A stretch of DNA of 64,000 nucleotides, from the NCBI GenBank assembly GCA_023953775.1, contig JAMLJD010000002.1:39245-103244 (forward strand). The letters run 5' to 3'. The position numbers and the translations under genes are program-made. Of the stretch, positions 42,400-52,310 are shown one piece after another. The notes beneath the pieces are model-generated. The model saw only the letters and a program-made list of their open reading frames with translations. It made no database searches and had not been told where the DNA came from. The DNA comes from Rhizobiaceae bacterium. Lineage in GTDB: Bacteria; Pseudomonadota; Alphaproteobacteria; Rhizobiales; Rhizobiaceae. Each line of letters begins with the position of its first letter. The stretch's first letter is position 1.

Positions 42400-43233
42400 T
42401 CAGCGCGATGGCTTCGTGTTTCGGTCCCGGCGGTTGTAGGCGGGAGTTCGTTTTGCGAGTGCCGCTTCGACGCCCTCGCGGAAGTCGGCGCTGTACTGGA
42501 GCGTCGACGTCGCCCAGTAGCTCGCGGACATCGACCCGTTGAGGTCGGTCTCCCAGCTGGCACGAAGCAGGTGCTTGGTGGCCTCGAGTGCCTTGCGCGG
42601 ATAGGCAGCGATACGCGATGCCAGCGCGAGAACGGTTTCGAGGAGCTTGTCGTCATCCACGACGTCGTTCAGCAGTCCGAGCTTCAGCGCGCGCTCCGCG
42701 CCTATGAGATCGCCGGTGAATGCGAGTTCCGCCGCAATCCCCGATCCGACGAGCCGCGGCATCAGGTAAGCGCCGCCGTTTCCTGGCGCCAATCCCAGCC
42801 GGATGTAGGTCTCGCCCACGCGTGCCGATCGTGCGGCGATGCGCATGTCGCAGGCGAGCGACATGTCGAAGCCGCCGGCGGTCGCAGCGCCGTTGAGCGC
42901 GGCGATGGTGGGAATGCGCAGGTTGCGCAGGCGCGGCGTGACCGGTGCGAGCAGCCGGGCGTTGAACGGCTCCTCCTCGATCGCCATCCGCTCGTCCAGA
43001 TAGATCTTCATCGCATCGAGATCGGCGCCGGCGCAGAAAGTCTTGCCCGCGCCTGTGAGGACGAGCACGCGGATGCCGAGGTCGGCATCGACCTGGTCGA
43101 GACAGGCCAGCATGTCGCGGATGAGCTCGGGCACGACGCCGTTGCCCTGATGCGGACGGTTGAGCGTCAGCATTCCCACGCCTTCCGCGGGCAAATCCAG
43201 ATAAAGGGTCTCGAACTCCGCGAGCCTTTCCAT
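42400..43233 (-). CDS. Enoyl-CoA hydratase/isomerase (crotonase) family protein
   Basis: The ORF contains LTLNRP...N, VLVLTGAGKTFCAGADLD, AALNGAATAGGFDMSLACDMRIA and GLAPG.GG. Confidence 0.85.
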   Translation of the reverse strand: MERLAEFETLYLDLPAEGVGMLTLNRPHQGNGVVPELIRDMLACLDQVDADLGIRVLVLTGAGKTFCAGADLDAMKIYLDERMAIEEEPFNARLLAPVTPRLRNLRIPTIAALNGAATAGGFDMSLACDMRIAARSARVGETYIRLGLAPGNGGAYLMPRLVGSGIAAELAFTGDLIGAERALKLGLLNDVVDDDKLLETVLALASRIAAYPRKALEATKHLLRASWETDLNGSMSASYWATSTLQYSADFREGVEAALAKRTPAYNRRDRNTKPSR

Positions 43234-43244
43234 CGGCGGCCTCC

Positions 43245-44423
43245 TCAATGTACCGAAGACAGGATCGTGACGACGGCGACGGCATAGGCGTCGCCGACCC
43301 AGCCGCCGGAATTGGCGGCCAGGGCGATCTGCGCTCCGTCGACCTGCCGCTTGTCGGCGCGACCCTTCAGTTGGCTGTAAAGCTCGAAAATCTGGGCACA
43401 GCCGGTGGCACCGAGCGGATGTCCCCTGCTCATCAGGCCGCCACTCACATTGACCGGGATCCGGCCGCCCAGTTCGGTCTCGCCCTTGCGGATGATGTGA
43501 TGGCCTTCGCCGACGCCGCACAGGCCGAGATCACCATACTGGATCAGTTCCGCAGGGGCCGCAGCATCGTGCAGTTCGACGACGTCGATATCCCCGATCC
43601 CAAAACCCGCGGTTTCGTAGGCCTTGCGCGCAGCATCAGCGACCGGGCTCGAACCCTTGCCGGTCCCCGGCGCGATGCAGGTCGCGAGGATACGCGGACC
43701 TGATATGCCGTGGCGCGCGGCAAACCCGCGGCTGCAAACGACGACCGCGGCGGCCCCATCGCTCACCGGCGAACACATCGGCAGCGTCAGCGACGGCGCG
43801 ATCTCGCGTGAGGCGAGCACCTCATCCAGCGTCAGTGGTGTCCGGAAATGGGCCCTGGGGTTCATCGAAGCATGCCGGCGGTTCTTGACCGCGACGCGCG
43901 CAAAATCCGCGAGCTCGGCACCATAGTCGCGGATGAGTTCGCGCCCTTCTGCCGCATACCCCTCCATCAGCGCCGCGCTTGCTTCGGGATGTTCGTGAAG
44001 ATCGACTTCGCCGATCTCCCCGATATCCATTGCCCCGCGCAGCGCCGTGAAAGTTCGTTCGCGCTCGACATGGGAAAGCTGCTCCGCGCCGACAGCGAGG
44101 GCCACGTCACATAGCCCGGTCGCGACCGCCTCATAGGCGAGCTTCAATGCGCTGCTGCCCGAGGCGCAGGCATTTTCGACATTGATTATGGGGACATGCG
44201 CGAGCGGCGTATGGCGGAACGCGACCTGGCCCTTGACCATGTCCTGATGGCTGACTGTCGGCGCCACCGCATTGCCGAAGAAGATGCGTTCGACCCGTGA
44301 CTGGTCGATATCGGCATCGGCAAGCGCATCGGCTGCTGCCTTGACGGCGAAGTCGCGGACACCCGTTCCCGGAAGCTTCCCGAACCGGGTCATGCCCGCA
44401 CCGGCGACGATCACATCACGCAT
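43245..44423 (-). CDS. Thiolase-family protein (acetyl-CoA C-acyltransferase / lipid-transfer-protein-like)
   Basis: The ORF begins MRDVIVAGAGMTRFGK. It has the active-site region VENACASGSSAL and C-terminal NVSGGLMSRGHPLGATG and ANSGGW. Confidence 0.85.
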   Translation of the reverse strand: MRDVIVAGAGMTRFGKLPGTGVRDFAVKAAADALADADIDQSRVERIFFGNAVAPTVSHQDMVKGQVAFRHTPLAHVPIINVENACASGSSALKLAYEAVATGLCDVALAVGAEQLSHVERERTFTALRGAMDIGEIGEVDLHEHPEASAALMEGYAAEGRELIRDYGAELADFARVAVKNRRHASMNPRAHFRTPLTLDEVLASREIAPSLTLPMCSPVSDGAAAVVVCSRGFAARHGISGPRILATCIAPGTGKGSSPVADAARKAYETAGFGIGDIDVVELHDAAAPAELIQYGDLGLCGVGEGHHIIRKGETELGGRIPVNVSGGLMSRGHPLGATGCAQIFELYSQLKGRADKRQVDGAQIALAANSGGWVGDAYAVAVVTILSSVH

Positions 44424-44444
44424 CTCGGTGCCCCGTTGCCTTAC

Positions 44445-46028
44445 TCATCGCGAACCCGCGGCCTTGCCGCCAACAACCTTGCTCGAGTAGCCTGTCCAGT
44501 GGGCTTCGCGCATCTCGCGGCGCTGGACCTTGCCGTAGCCGCTGAGCGGCAGCTCCGTCATGAACTCGACCGACTTCGGCTTCTTGTAGCTGGCGAGGTT
44601 TTCCAGGCAGAAGGCGATAACCTCCTCCGTCGTCACCGAGCCACCGGGCTCGGGCACGACGACGGCGTGGACCGCCTCGCCCCAGTAGTCGTCGGGTACG
44701 CCGAACACGACCGCGGTATTGATTGCGGGGTGGGTTACGAGGACTTCCTCGATCTCACGAGGATAGATGTTGTTGCCGCCGCTGATGATGACGTCCTTGG
44801 CGCGGTCAAGCAGATAGAGGTAGCCGTTCTCGTCAACCTTCCCTATGTCGCCTGTATGAAGCCATCCTCCGGCAAGCGTCTCGCCGGTTGCTTCCGGATT
44901 GTTCCAGTAGCCGAGCATGACGACATCGCCACGCGCGACGACCTCGCCCATCTCTCCGGTCGCGACCTCGTTGTCGTCGCCATCGACGATGCGCATCTCG
45001 ACATCGGTACGGATGGTTCCGGCCGAGCCAATGCGCGGGTCGCCTGTCTCGATGAAGCGTACATGCTCTTCAGGACGCAATCCGGTGATCGTGATCGGCG
45101 CTTCGCCCTGGCCGTATATCTGCGAGAAGACGGGACCGAACACCGTATGCGCCTTGCGCAGGTGCTCGACATAGATCGGTGCTCCGCCGTAGCAGACGGA
45201 ACGCAGCGAGCCGAGGTCGAAGGAACCGGGGACGAATTCCTCCGTCGCCTTGACGATCTGGGTCGGCGCCAGGAACGCAATATGGCCGACCTTGTGCGTC
45301 TCGATCAGCCTGAACATCTCCTGCGGATCGAAATTCGACGTATGCAGGATGATGTTCTGGGCGCCCCGCGCGATGGCCGGCATCGCCACGATGCCGCTGC
45401 CATGCGACAGCGGCGCGGCATGCAGGACGGCCTCGCCGCCGCTGATGTTGTGGACGTCGGCCAGGTAGTTCATGACCACCGTGCGGATCGTGCGGTGGTT
45501 CCACACCGCACCCTTGGGCTTCCCCGTGGTCCCAGAGGTGTAGAACAGCCAGGCAAGATCCTCCGGTGCCGCATCGACGTGCGTCGCCAGCGCGTTATTC
45601 CGGTCGAGCAGGGCATCGAATGGAAGCGTTCCTTCGAGCGGATCGGTGCAGACCCTCAGATCGAGGACTGCAAACTGATCGGCGTTCTGTCGGATCCCAT
45701 CGTCATATTCGGGACCATGCACGAGAACCCGCGCACCTGAGTTCCCGACGATGTAGGCCATTTCCTTTGCATGAAGCCGCGCGTTGATGGGCACGACCAC
45801 CAGGCCGGCGGCGAAGCAGCCGAAGATGACCTCGAGGATCCTCGGGCTGTTGGCCAGGGCGAAGGCGACCCTGTCCCCCGGCTTCAGCCCCCTGGCAAGA
45901 AGGTTGCCGCCGATCGCCAGCGCACGGTCGTAGAAGTCCCGGTAGCAGTGAAGTTCCTCGCCCCAGCGGATCGCAGGTTCTTCGCCATGATATTTGGCGG
46001 CCTTGGCCAGAAATGCACAGGTGTTCAT
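44445..46028 (-). CDS. AMP-dependent acyl-CoA synthetase/ligase
   Basis: The ORF contains LFYTSGTTGKPKGAV, YGQGE, TGDIGKVDENGYLYLLDR and YKKPK. ATG 46028 was chosen. The upstream ORF extension looks like non-coding read-through. Confidence 0.85.
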   Translation of the reverse strand: MNTCAFLAKAAKYHGEEPAIRWGEELHCYRDFYDRALAIGGNLLARGLKPGDRVAFALANSPRILEVIFGCFAAGLVVVPINARLHAKEMAYIVGNSGARVLVHGPEYDDGIRQNADQFAVLDLRVCTDPLEGTLPFDALLDRNNALATHVDAAPEDLAWLFYTSGTTGKPKGAVWNHRTIRTVVMNYLADVHNISGGEAVLHAAPLSHGSGIVAMPAIARGAQNIILHTSNFDPQEMFRLIETHKVGHIAFLAPTQIVKATEEFVPGSFDLGSLRSVCYGGAPIYVEHLRKAHTVFGPVFSQIYGQGEAPITITGLRPEEHVRFIETGDPRIGSAGTIRTDVEMRIVDGDDNEVATGEMGEVVARGDVVMLGYWNNPEATGETLAGGWLHTGDIGKVDENGYLYLLDRAKDVIISGGNNIYPREIEEVLVTHPAINTAVVFGVPDDYWGEAVHAVVVPEPGGSVTTEEVIAFCLENLASYKKPKSVEFMTELPLSGYGKVQRREMREAHWTGYSSKVVGGKAAGSR

Positions 46029-46045
46029 GGCAGCGACCGATCCCG

Positions 46046-46438
46046 TTACGCGAGTTCGAACCACGCCACGGCGCGCTTTGCCGCGCCTTCCGGCGGCGCG
46101 CAAAAACGAACCTCGACGTCGCAGGCATAGGTCGCCCAATCACCACTGGACGAATCCGGGGCAAGGCGCCCCAGAAGCTGGACGCCCTCCTCCAGCTTGA
46201 CGATGCCGAGCCCGTAGGGCAGCTCGTCCTCGAAGCCGGTCGGTGGGATCGCACGGACGATCGTGTAGGTATGCAGCTTCCCCTTCCCCGATGCCTCGGT
46301 CCATCCGAGGTCGTCTGAATGGCACGAGATGCAGCGGTGCCGGGGATAGAGCATCTTGGACTTGCAGACGTTGCAGACCTGAATCAGCAATTTCCCGTCG
46401 GCGAGGCCGTCGTGGAATTCCTTCACGATGTCGCTCAT
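46046..46438 (-). CDS. Zn-ribbon / OB-fold protein (DUF35 family)
   Basis: The 130-aa ORF has the rubredoxin-like C.VC......PR..C..C motif (QVCNVCKSKMLYPRHRCISCHS) followed by an OB-fold segment (GKLHTYTIV...GIVKLEEGVQLLGRL). Its ATGA overlaps the upstream thiolase-like gene. Confidence 0.85.
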   Translation of the reverse strand: MSDIVKEFHDGLADGKLLIQVCNVCKSKMLYPRHRCISCHSDDLGWTEASGKGKLHTYTIVRAIPPTGFEDELPYGLGIVKLEEGVQLLGRLAPDSSSGDWATYACDVEVRFCAPPEGAAKRAVAWFELA

Positions 46439-47670
46439 TGCAGGTCTCCCTTTTCCGTACGTTCAAGCAGGAGGACCTGCGCATCCATGTAGCTGCCGCC
46501 GGAGCCGCCGATGATGCCTTTGCGGGCATTCTCGATCTGGCGCGGCTTTTCGGCGCGATGAAGCAACTGCCGGACCCCTTCGATCAGCAAGGCAAGGCCG
46601 CCGCCAACCCCGGTATGGCCGGCCGAAAGCAGGCCGCCATTGGTGTTCATCGGCATTGCGCCGCCGGGCGATGTCGCGCCCGAGCGGAACCAGCGCGCCG
46701 CCTCGCCGGGCGGGCAAAGGCCGAGGCCTTCGGCACCGATCGTTGTGACGGCGGCGTAGGAATCGTAGATCTGGGCGAAGTCGGCGGCGTCCGCACCCCA
46801 ACTGGCGTGCTCGTAGGCACGACCGGCGGCGATCTTCCAGCCGAGCGTCGCAGCATCGATCTCCTGCCCGAGGCTGTAGTGGCTTACGCAACCGCCTGAA
46901 CCCGCAATCCGCACCCAGCTGTCGGAGTGACGCGCCGCGTTTTCCGCGGTTGTCATGACGAAGGCGGCCGCCCCGTCGGCCAGCATCGGGCACTCCTTCG
47001 CACGGATCGGGTCGCTCACCATCTTCGAGGCTATGATCTCCTCGATCGTAAGGTCCTTGTCCCGGTACATCGCATTCGGATTGAGCCGCGCCCACTTGCG
47101 GAAGGCGACGCAGACCGACGCCATGTCCTCCGGGGTCGAACCGCTTTCAGCCATATAGCGCTGGGTGATCAGCGCGCCGATCGCATTGAAGGTGATACCG
47201 CTCGGCTGCTCCCACTCCTTTGGAATGCCGTTCATGGTGAGCATCGTCACCATTTCCGCCAGGTCGGCCGAACCCCAACGCTCCGCCTGAAGAACCAGGA
47301 CGTTGCGCGCATGACCCGAGGCGATCAGCCCCGATGCGACGCGCACGGCATTGTCGCTGGTCGAGCCGCCGGAATGGACCATGAAGCTCGACTTGGCAGC
47401 ACGTGACAGTCCGAGTTCCTCGACAATCCGCGAGAAGATGAGGTCAGCCTGGTCCGCAAAGGAATGCAGGCATGGGATCAGCATGATCGTGTCGATGTCG
47501 CTGTGCTTGAGGCCGGAATCCTCCAGCGCTCGCTGCGCCACCTCGACCAGATCGCCGATGAAGCTGCGATTGGGGTAGCGCCCGGACGGAAGTTCGCCGA
47601 CCCCTATGAAGACCGGATCGTTGGGCGACCTGGCGTCGGTCGAGAGCTGTGGTTGCGCGTCAGTTGCCAT
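46435..47670 (-). CDS. Thiolase-like (SCP-x / Ltp-type) protein
   Basis: The 411-aa ORF has a thiolase fold with C-terminal NTNGGLLSAGHTGVGGG. It pairs with a DUF35 gene, as in Ltp2/ChsH2(DUF35)-type or archaeal thiolase/DUF35 complexes. Confidence 0.85.
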   Translation of the reverse strand: MATDAQPQLSTDARSPNDPVFIGVGELPSGRYPNRSFIGDLVEVAQRALEDSGLKHSDIDTIMLIPCLHSFADQADLIFSRIVEELGLSRAAKSSFMVHSGGSTSDNAVRVASGLIASGHARNVLVLQAERWGSADLAEMVTMLTMNGIPKEWEQPSGITFNAIGALITQRYMAESGSTPEDMASVCVAFRKWARLNPNAMYRDKDLTIEEIIASKMVSDPIRAKECPMLADGAAAFVMTTAENAARHSDSWVRIAGSGGCVSHYSLGQEIDAATLGWKIAAGRAYEHASWGADAADFAQIYDSYAAVTTIGAEGLGLCPPGEAARWFRSGATSPGGAMPMNTNGGLLSAGHTGVGGGLALLIEGVRQLLHRAEKPRQIENARKGIIGGSGGSYMDAQVLLLERTEKGDLQ

Positions 47671-47673
47671 TCG

Positions 47674-48153
47674 TCATTCTCCACCGGTCTTTTTCTTCGC
47701 AAGCATGGTTTGGATGAACGTCATCACGGTCTCGTCGCGCTGGTTGACGACGGAGTAGAGCATCGAGATGGTTCCGTATTTCGGGCTTCGTGAGCCATCG
47801 ACCTCGGTGAGCTCGGCACGCACGTGGAGGGTATCGCCGGCAAAGACGGGCGCCAGGGCGCGCATCTCGTCGATCCCCTTGAGCGCCACGATTGCATCGC
47901 CCAGATATCCGGAGAGACCGACAAGGCCGACACCGAAGGTGAACGTCAGCGGGCCGTGGCAAATCCTGGCGCCGAAGCGGGTTTTCTTCGAGTATTCCTC
48001 GTCCGTATGGAGGGGATAGAAATCGCCGGTCAGTCCCGAGAACAGGTTGAAATCGGCCGCCTCCACGGTTCTGCCGCGGGTTATGACTACATCGCCGAGC
48101 TGAAAATCCTCGAAGAATTTCTCCTGAGGATCGGTGAAAACACGTCCAGTCAT
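47674..48153 (-). CDS. MaoC-family (R)-specific enoyl-CoA hydratase/dehydratase, single hotdog
   Basis: The ORF contains FSGLTGDFYPLHTDEEYSKKT.FG.RI.HG. A GGAGGAG ribosome-binding site precedes ATG 48153. Confidence 0.85.
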   Translation of the reverse strand: MTGRVFTDPQEKFFEDFQLGDVVITRGRTVEAADFNLFSGLTGDFYPLHTDEEYSKKTRFGARICHGPLTFTFGVGLVGLSGYLGDAIVALKGIDEMRALAPVFAGDTLHVRAELTEVDGSRSPKYGTISMLYSVVNQRDETVMTFIQTMLAKKKTGGE

Positions 48154-48461
48154 AACTCCTCCACGGCGCACCCGCGGGGCGCACCCAGAAAATGGCCAAT
48201 AAAATACGGCGGATCGGCAAATATTCGTGCGGCTGGACCACACGGATAACTTTCAATCGCGACGGACAAGCGCGCACGCCGGGAGCGACGATCAAGCTGT
48301 TGTCATATTCACGTTACACCTACTGGCACGCCGAAAAAGCCCGACGGTTGCAAAGGAGCGTTGCATGGCAATCGTCCGCTGAACGCGGTTCGGCGCATGG
48401 GGTGCGCTCGCCGAAGCCGCCGCTCCGCTTGGCTTGACGCGCCTGAAATCCTGGCTTGTCG

Positions 48462-49324
48462 TCATGCGGCAAGTTCCGCGCGTCCGTGGGAGATGACGAC
48501 CACGTCGCGTTCGACGGCGCGGGTTCGGAAAATAAGCGAGGAACCTTCAAGCCATATCTCTGTGGCAAAGGTCTCCCCGGCATAGGCCGGCGCGGTGAAG
48601 CGGCAGTCCAGCGCGCGGATCCGGGCCGGGTCGTAGTCGCATACCGCGCGCAGGATGGCGTGCGCGGCCACGCCATATGTCGCCAGGCCGTGCAGCACCG
48701 GGCGGCGAAATCCGGCTGCTACCGCGGTTTCGGGGTCTACGTGAAGCGGATTGAGGTCTGCGCTCAACCGGTAGATGAGGGCCATCTGCGGCACTGTCGA
48801 CAGCATGCAGACGATATCAGGTGCCTGATCGGGCATCGCGACCCGCGGCGGCAGCGGGCCCGATGGCCCGCCGAAGCCGCCATCGTTCCTGCAAAAGGCC
48901 GTGTGCCCGACGGTGGCCAGCAAGGCGCCGCTGTCCTTGTCGAAGATCGCGTTCCGAAAGAAGCAGCGCACCGCGCTTCAGCCCCTTGTCGACGACGTTG
49001 GTGACCCGCGTCCTTCCGATGACGGTGCCCCGGACCGGCAGCGGATGGTGAATTCGGAGCCGCTGTTCGCCGTGCAGCACATGCAGATAGTCGATACCCG
49101 TGTCGAGATCGCGCGGCCACAGGCCGGGCTGTGCAAGCACGGCGAGGGTCGGAAGCACCCTCAGGTCCTTTTCGTAAGACGAAGCGCAGCGTCTCGGGGA
49201 TCGTCCGGGCTTTCACCCAGTCCGACGCCGAGGGCATAAAGGATGACGTCCTTTTCCGAGTAGGTCTTACCTGCTCGACCTCGGGGATATCAAGTTCAAG
49301 GAGTTTCCTGTAGTCGATCGGCAT
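48462..49324 (-). pseudogene. Double-hotdog MaoC-type hydratase (MFE-2 hydratase-like) with about five frameshifts
   Basis: The segments are MPIDYRKLLELDIPEVEQ, KTYSEKDVILYALGVGLGESPDDP, ETLRFV, YEKDLRVLPTLAVLAQPG...IDYLHVLHGEQRLRIHHPLP...VVDKG and FDKDSGALLATV...YRLSADLNPLHVDPE.A..AGF..P.LHG. They lie in three different minus-strand frames. Confidence 0.65.
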
Positions 49325-49338
49325 GTTGGACTCTTGCC

Positions 49339-50127
49339 TCACGCCGGCTGGAAAGCAGTGTGCGAAGATGGGGCAAATGTCTTTTCAGCGGTAAAGCCGC
49401 CATCCACCGGCAGTACCGCGCCGGTGATGTATGATGCCCGGTCAGATGCCAGGAAGGCCACCGCGTCGGCAATCTCGGCTGGCCTGCCCGGCCTGCCGAG
49501 CGCGACGGATTCCACGATCGCGGATCGGAACGCTTCGTCACTGAGATAGCGGGCGGTCATCGGTGTCTCGATCATGCCAGGTGCCACCGCGTTGACCCTG
49601 ATGCCGTATGGAGCAAGGTCGCCCGCGTAAGATCGCGTGAGGCCGACCACGCCATGCTTTGAGGCATTGTAGGCGGCGCGCCCCGGGACCGAGATCAGGC
49701 CTGCGATGGATGCGATGTTGACGATGGCGCCGGAACGCGCCGCTATCATCACCTCAGACACCGCCCGAATGCAGTTGAAGACGCCGCCGAGGTTGATGTC
49801 GAAGACCTTCCTCCAGTGGTCGGTGTCGAGTTTCAGCGTGCTCTGGCTCTGGAGGATGCCGGCATTGTTGACCAGAACGGAGATGCCGGCGAACCGCCTG
49901 AGCACCGCCTTGACCATCTCGCCTACCGAACAGTCATCCGCGACATCGCAGGCAAACCCCTCGACGACGGCTCCGTCCTTGCGCAACAGATGGACGGCAT
50001 TCGAGACGGCGTCCTCGCGAAGGTCGACCAGCGCGATTGCATGGCCCTCGCCGGCGAGCAGCCGCGCGACGGCTATCCCGATGCCCCCCGCTCCACCCGT
50101 GACGATCGCTGCATTCCTTCCGGCCAT
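49339..50127 (-). CDS. SDR-family oxidoreductase
   Basis: The ORF contains NAAIVTGGAGGIGIAVA, NNAG and YNASKHGVVGLTR. It is an intact 262 aa. Confidence 0.9.
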   Translation of the reverse strand: MAGRNAAIVTGGAGGIGIAVARLLAGEGHAIALVDLREDAVSNAVHLLRKDGAVVEGFACDVADDCSVGEMVKAVLRRFAGISVLVNNAGILQSQSTLKLDTDHWRKVFDINLGGVFNCIRAVSEVMIAARSGAIVNIASIAGLISVPGRAAYNASKHGVVGLTRSYAGDLAPYGIRVNAVAPGMIETPMTARYLSDEAFRSAIVESVALGRPGRPAEIADAVAFLASDRASYITGAVLPVDGGFTAEKTFAPSSHTAFQPA

Positions 50128-50311
50128 CAGGCCTGATCCTCCGAAGAATTGATAAGCTCAATTCACACCAGATCGGTCCGGGAGGCATTACTTTGCATTC
50201 GCAAAGGACCGTTGCGCGCCGCCGCGCCGTGCCTGTCTGGCTATCGTTCAACGCATGGAGAAAAATGTCGGCCGAGACGCCCAACCGGGTTGGCAACGGG
50301 ACGAGGAAGCC

Positions 50312-51336
50312 ATGGCCGACGCCACAAAGACCAAGCCACACGTGCCACCTGTCGACGAGGAATGGTTGGCACAGGACTCCGAACCACCGCTGCCGACGAC
50401 GATGGAGGTGGTCGACAGCCATATCCACCTTTGGGATTTTTCGACGCCGCCCTATTTCGGCGATACCTACCGCGCCGATGCGAACACGGCCGGCATATCC
50501 GCATCGGTGTTCGTCGAATGCACGATGGCCTATCGGGACACCGGTCCTGACAACGAGCGCGTCGTGGGCGAGGTCGAGTTCGCGCAGCAGCAGGCCGAAC
50601 GATACTCGTCCTCTTCGCTCGCACTCAATGCAGCGATTGTCGGCATGGTCGACGTCACGCTGGGAGACCGTATCGTCCCCGTTCTCGAAATGCTCGATGC
50701 CGTATCGGACGGGCGGTTGCGCGGTATCAGGATCCGTGCAGCACACGATCCAGATCCCACCGTGGGCTACGGCGAAAAGGGAGTGCCCGCCGAGCTGCTC
50801 GGTCAGGCGGAAGTGCTGACGGCGCTGAAAAGCTCCACGCGGCCGGCCATTCGCTGGATGTCTACGCGTTCCATACGCAATTGCCGGAGGTCGAGGCATT
50901 GGCTCGCCGCCCGACTATTTCCGATCGTGGTAAACCATATAAAGGCGGCCCACTCGGCGTTGGCCCTTATGCGCAGATACCGGAAGAGGTCCGGACACTG
51001 TGGATGAAGAACATGGCATCGCTCGCGACATGCGAAAACGTGCATGTCAAAATCAGCGGCTTCGCCATCTCCCGGATCAACATCGTGTCGGCTTCAGGCC
51101 GGCAGGCGCCGCCGTCCTCACAGGAACTCGAAGAACTGTTCCGCCCCTGGTTCGACCACTGTCTGGAAACGTTCGGCGCTCGGCGCTGCATGTTCGGGTC
51201 CAACTTCCCCGTCGACAAGAATGCCATGACGCTGACGACGCTGGTCAACGCCATCAGGCGGCTGTCGGCGAAACTGTGCGGCGACGAGGCATCCGCCTTG
51301 CTGGCCGGTACGGCGCGGCGCTTCTATAGGATCTGA
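50312..51336 (+). pseudogene. Amidohydrolase-2 family (PF04909-like metal-dependent hydrolase/decarboxylase) gene with three frameshifts
   Basis: The N-terminus reads VVDSHIHLWDF. After ...AEVLTALK the sense continues in another frame (KLHAAGHSLDVYAFHTQLPEVEALARR). It returns (FPIVVNHI) and shifts again (GGPLGVGPYAQIPEEV...KISGF...MFGSNFPVDK...ARRFYRI*). The shifts are near 50830, 50905 and 50935. Confidence 0.65.
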
Positions 51337-51373
51337 AAGCTGGACGTTCCAGCCCACCCATGGAGACAAGCTT

Positions 51374-52290
51374 TTGGCCACCATGCACGCCGTCAGATTT
51401 TCCGCGTATGGCGGGCCTGGCACCCTTGAATACTGCACCGTCGAGCAGACGAAGCCGGCTCCCGGAGAAATATCGGTCGAAGTCACGGCGATCGGGGTCA
51501 ATCCCGCTGACCACAAATTCCGCTCGGGTGCGCTGTCCGGCCATCGGCCCAAGGCGCTGCCTCTGATCCCGGGCATGGATGTCTCGGGCCACGTGACCGA
51601 GCTCGGAGAGGTGTGACCCGGTTTTCACGCGGTGACAGGGTTTTCGGTATGCTGCCGCCCTCACGACTTGGAAGCTATGCCGAGTTCGCCACCGGTTCCG
51701 CTGGATTCTTTGCTCCGGTGCCGGACACGCTCGATATGGTTCTCGCTGCCGCATTGCCTACGCCCGGACTTACGGGCGTGGAAATGATCGATGACGACCT
51801 CAATGTCACGCATGGCGACAGGGTGCTGGTGATCGGGGCGCTTGGGTATTGGGCGCGCAGCCGTTTTCGCAGCCCGCCGTCGCGGCGCCACCGTCACCGC
51901 AGCAGTCAGGACCGGCCGGACGGGCGAAGGCAAGCGCGGCCGACACGGTCATCGAAACGGGCGAGGCATGCCATGTTGAGTTCGACGCGATCTGCGACAC
52001 GGTCGGCGGAGAAATCGCGGCGGCGTATTATCCCAATCTAAAGTCCGGCGGCGTATTCTGCTCGGTGTCTACGAACAGGTTGCCGCCGCCAACGCGCGAT
52101 GACATCGTCGTCCGCAACTTCGTCTGTTATCCCGATGTCCAGAAGCTGGCCGAACTGGCCGTTGCCGCAGCTTCCGGCTTTGATTCCACCGGTCCGTGGA
52201 ACGCTGCCGCTGTCCGCTGCATCGGCCGCCCATACGCGGCTTGAGGCGGGCGAGCGCAAGAAGTTCGCTCTTGTCCCTCGGGGCGAGTAA
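51374..52290 (+). pseudogene. Zn-independent MDR-family quinone oxidoreductase-like gene with at least four frameshifts
   Basis: The fragments are HAVRFSAYGGPGTLEY...VEVTAIGVNPADHKFRSG...LIPGMDVSGHVTELGE | VTRFSRGDRVFGML...GSYAEFA...DRVLVIGALG | GRAAVFAARRRGATVTAAV | AADTVIETGE...GGVFCSV | LPLSAASAAHTRLEAGERKKFALVPRGE*. The first shift would be restored by one extra G at about 51610. Confidence 0.6.
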
Positions 52291-52310
52291 CGCTGCCCTC
52301 GCCAGCTCGC

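Noticed and set aside
48290-48350. Sigma54-like TGGCAC ... TTGCA elements, and recurrence of TTGCA/TGCAA half-sites at 6325, 32945, 39046, 48330 and 56578
   Set aside because: At 48.3 kb the GG-to-GC spacing does not fit the -24/-12 rule, and the motif is on the non-transcribed strand. A 5-nt half-site recurring five times in 64 kb is within chance expectation, so no common regulon is claimed.
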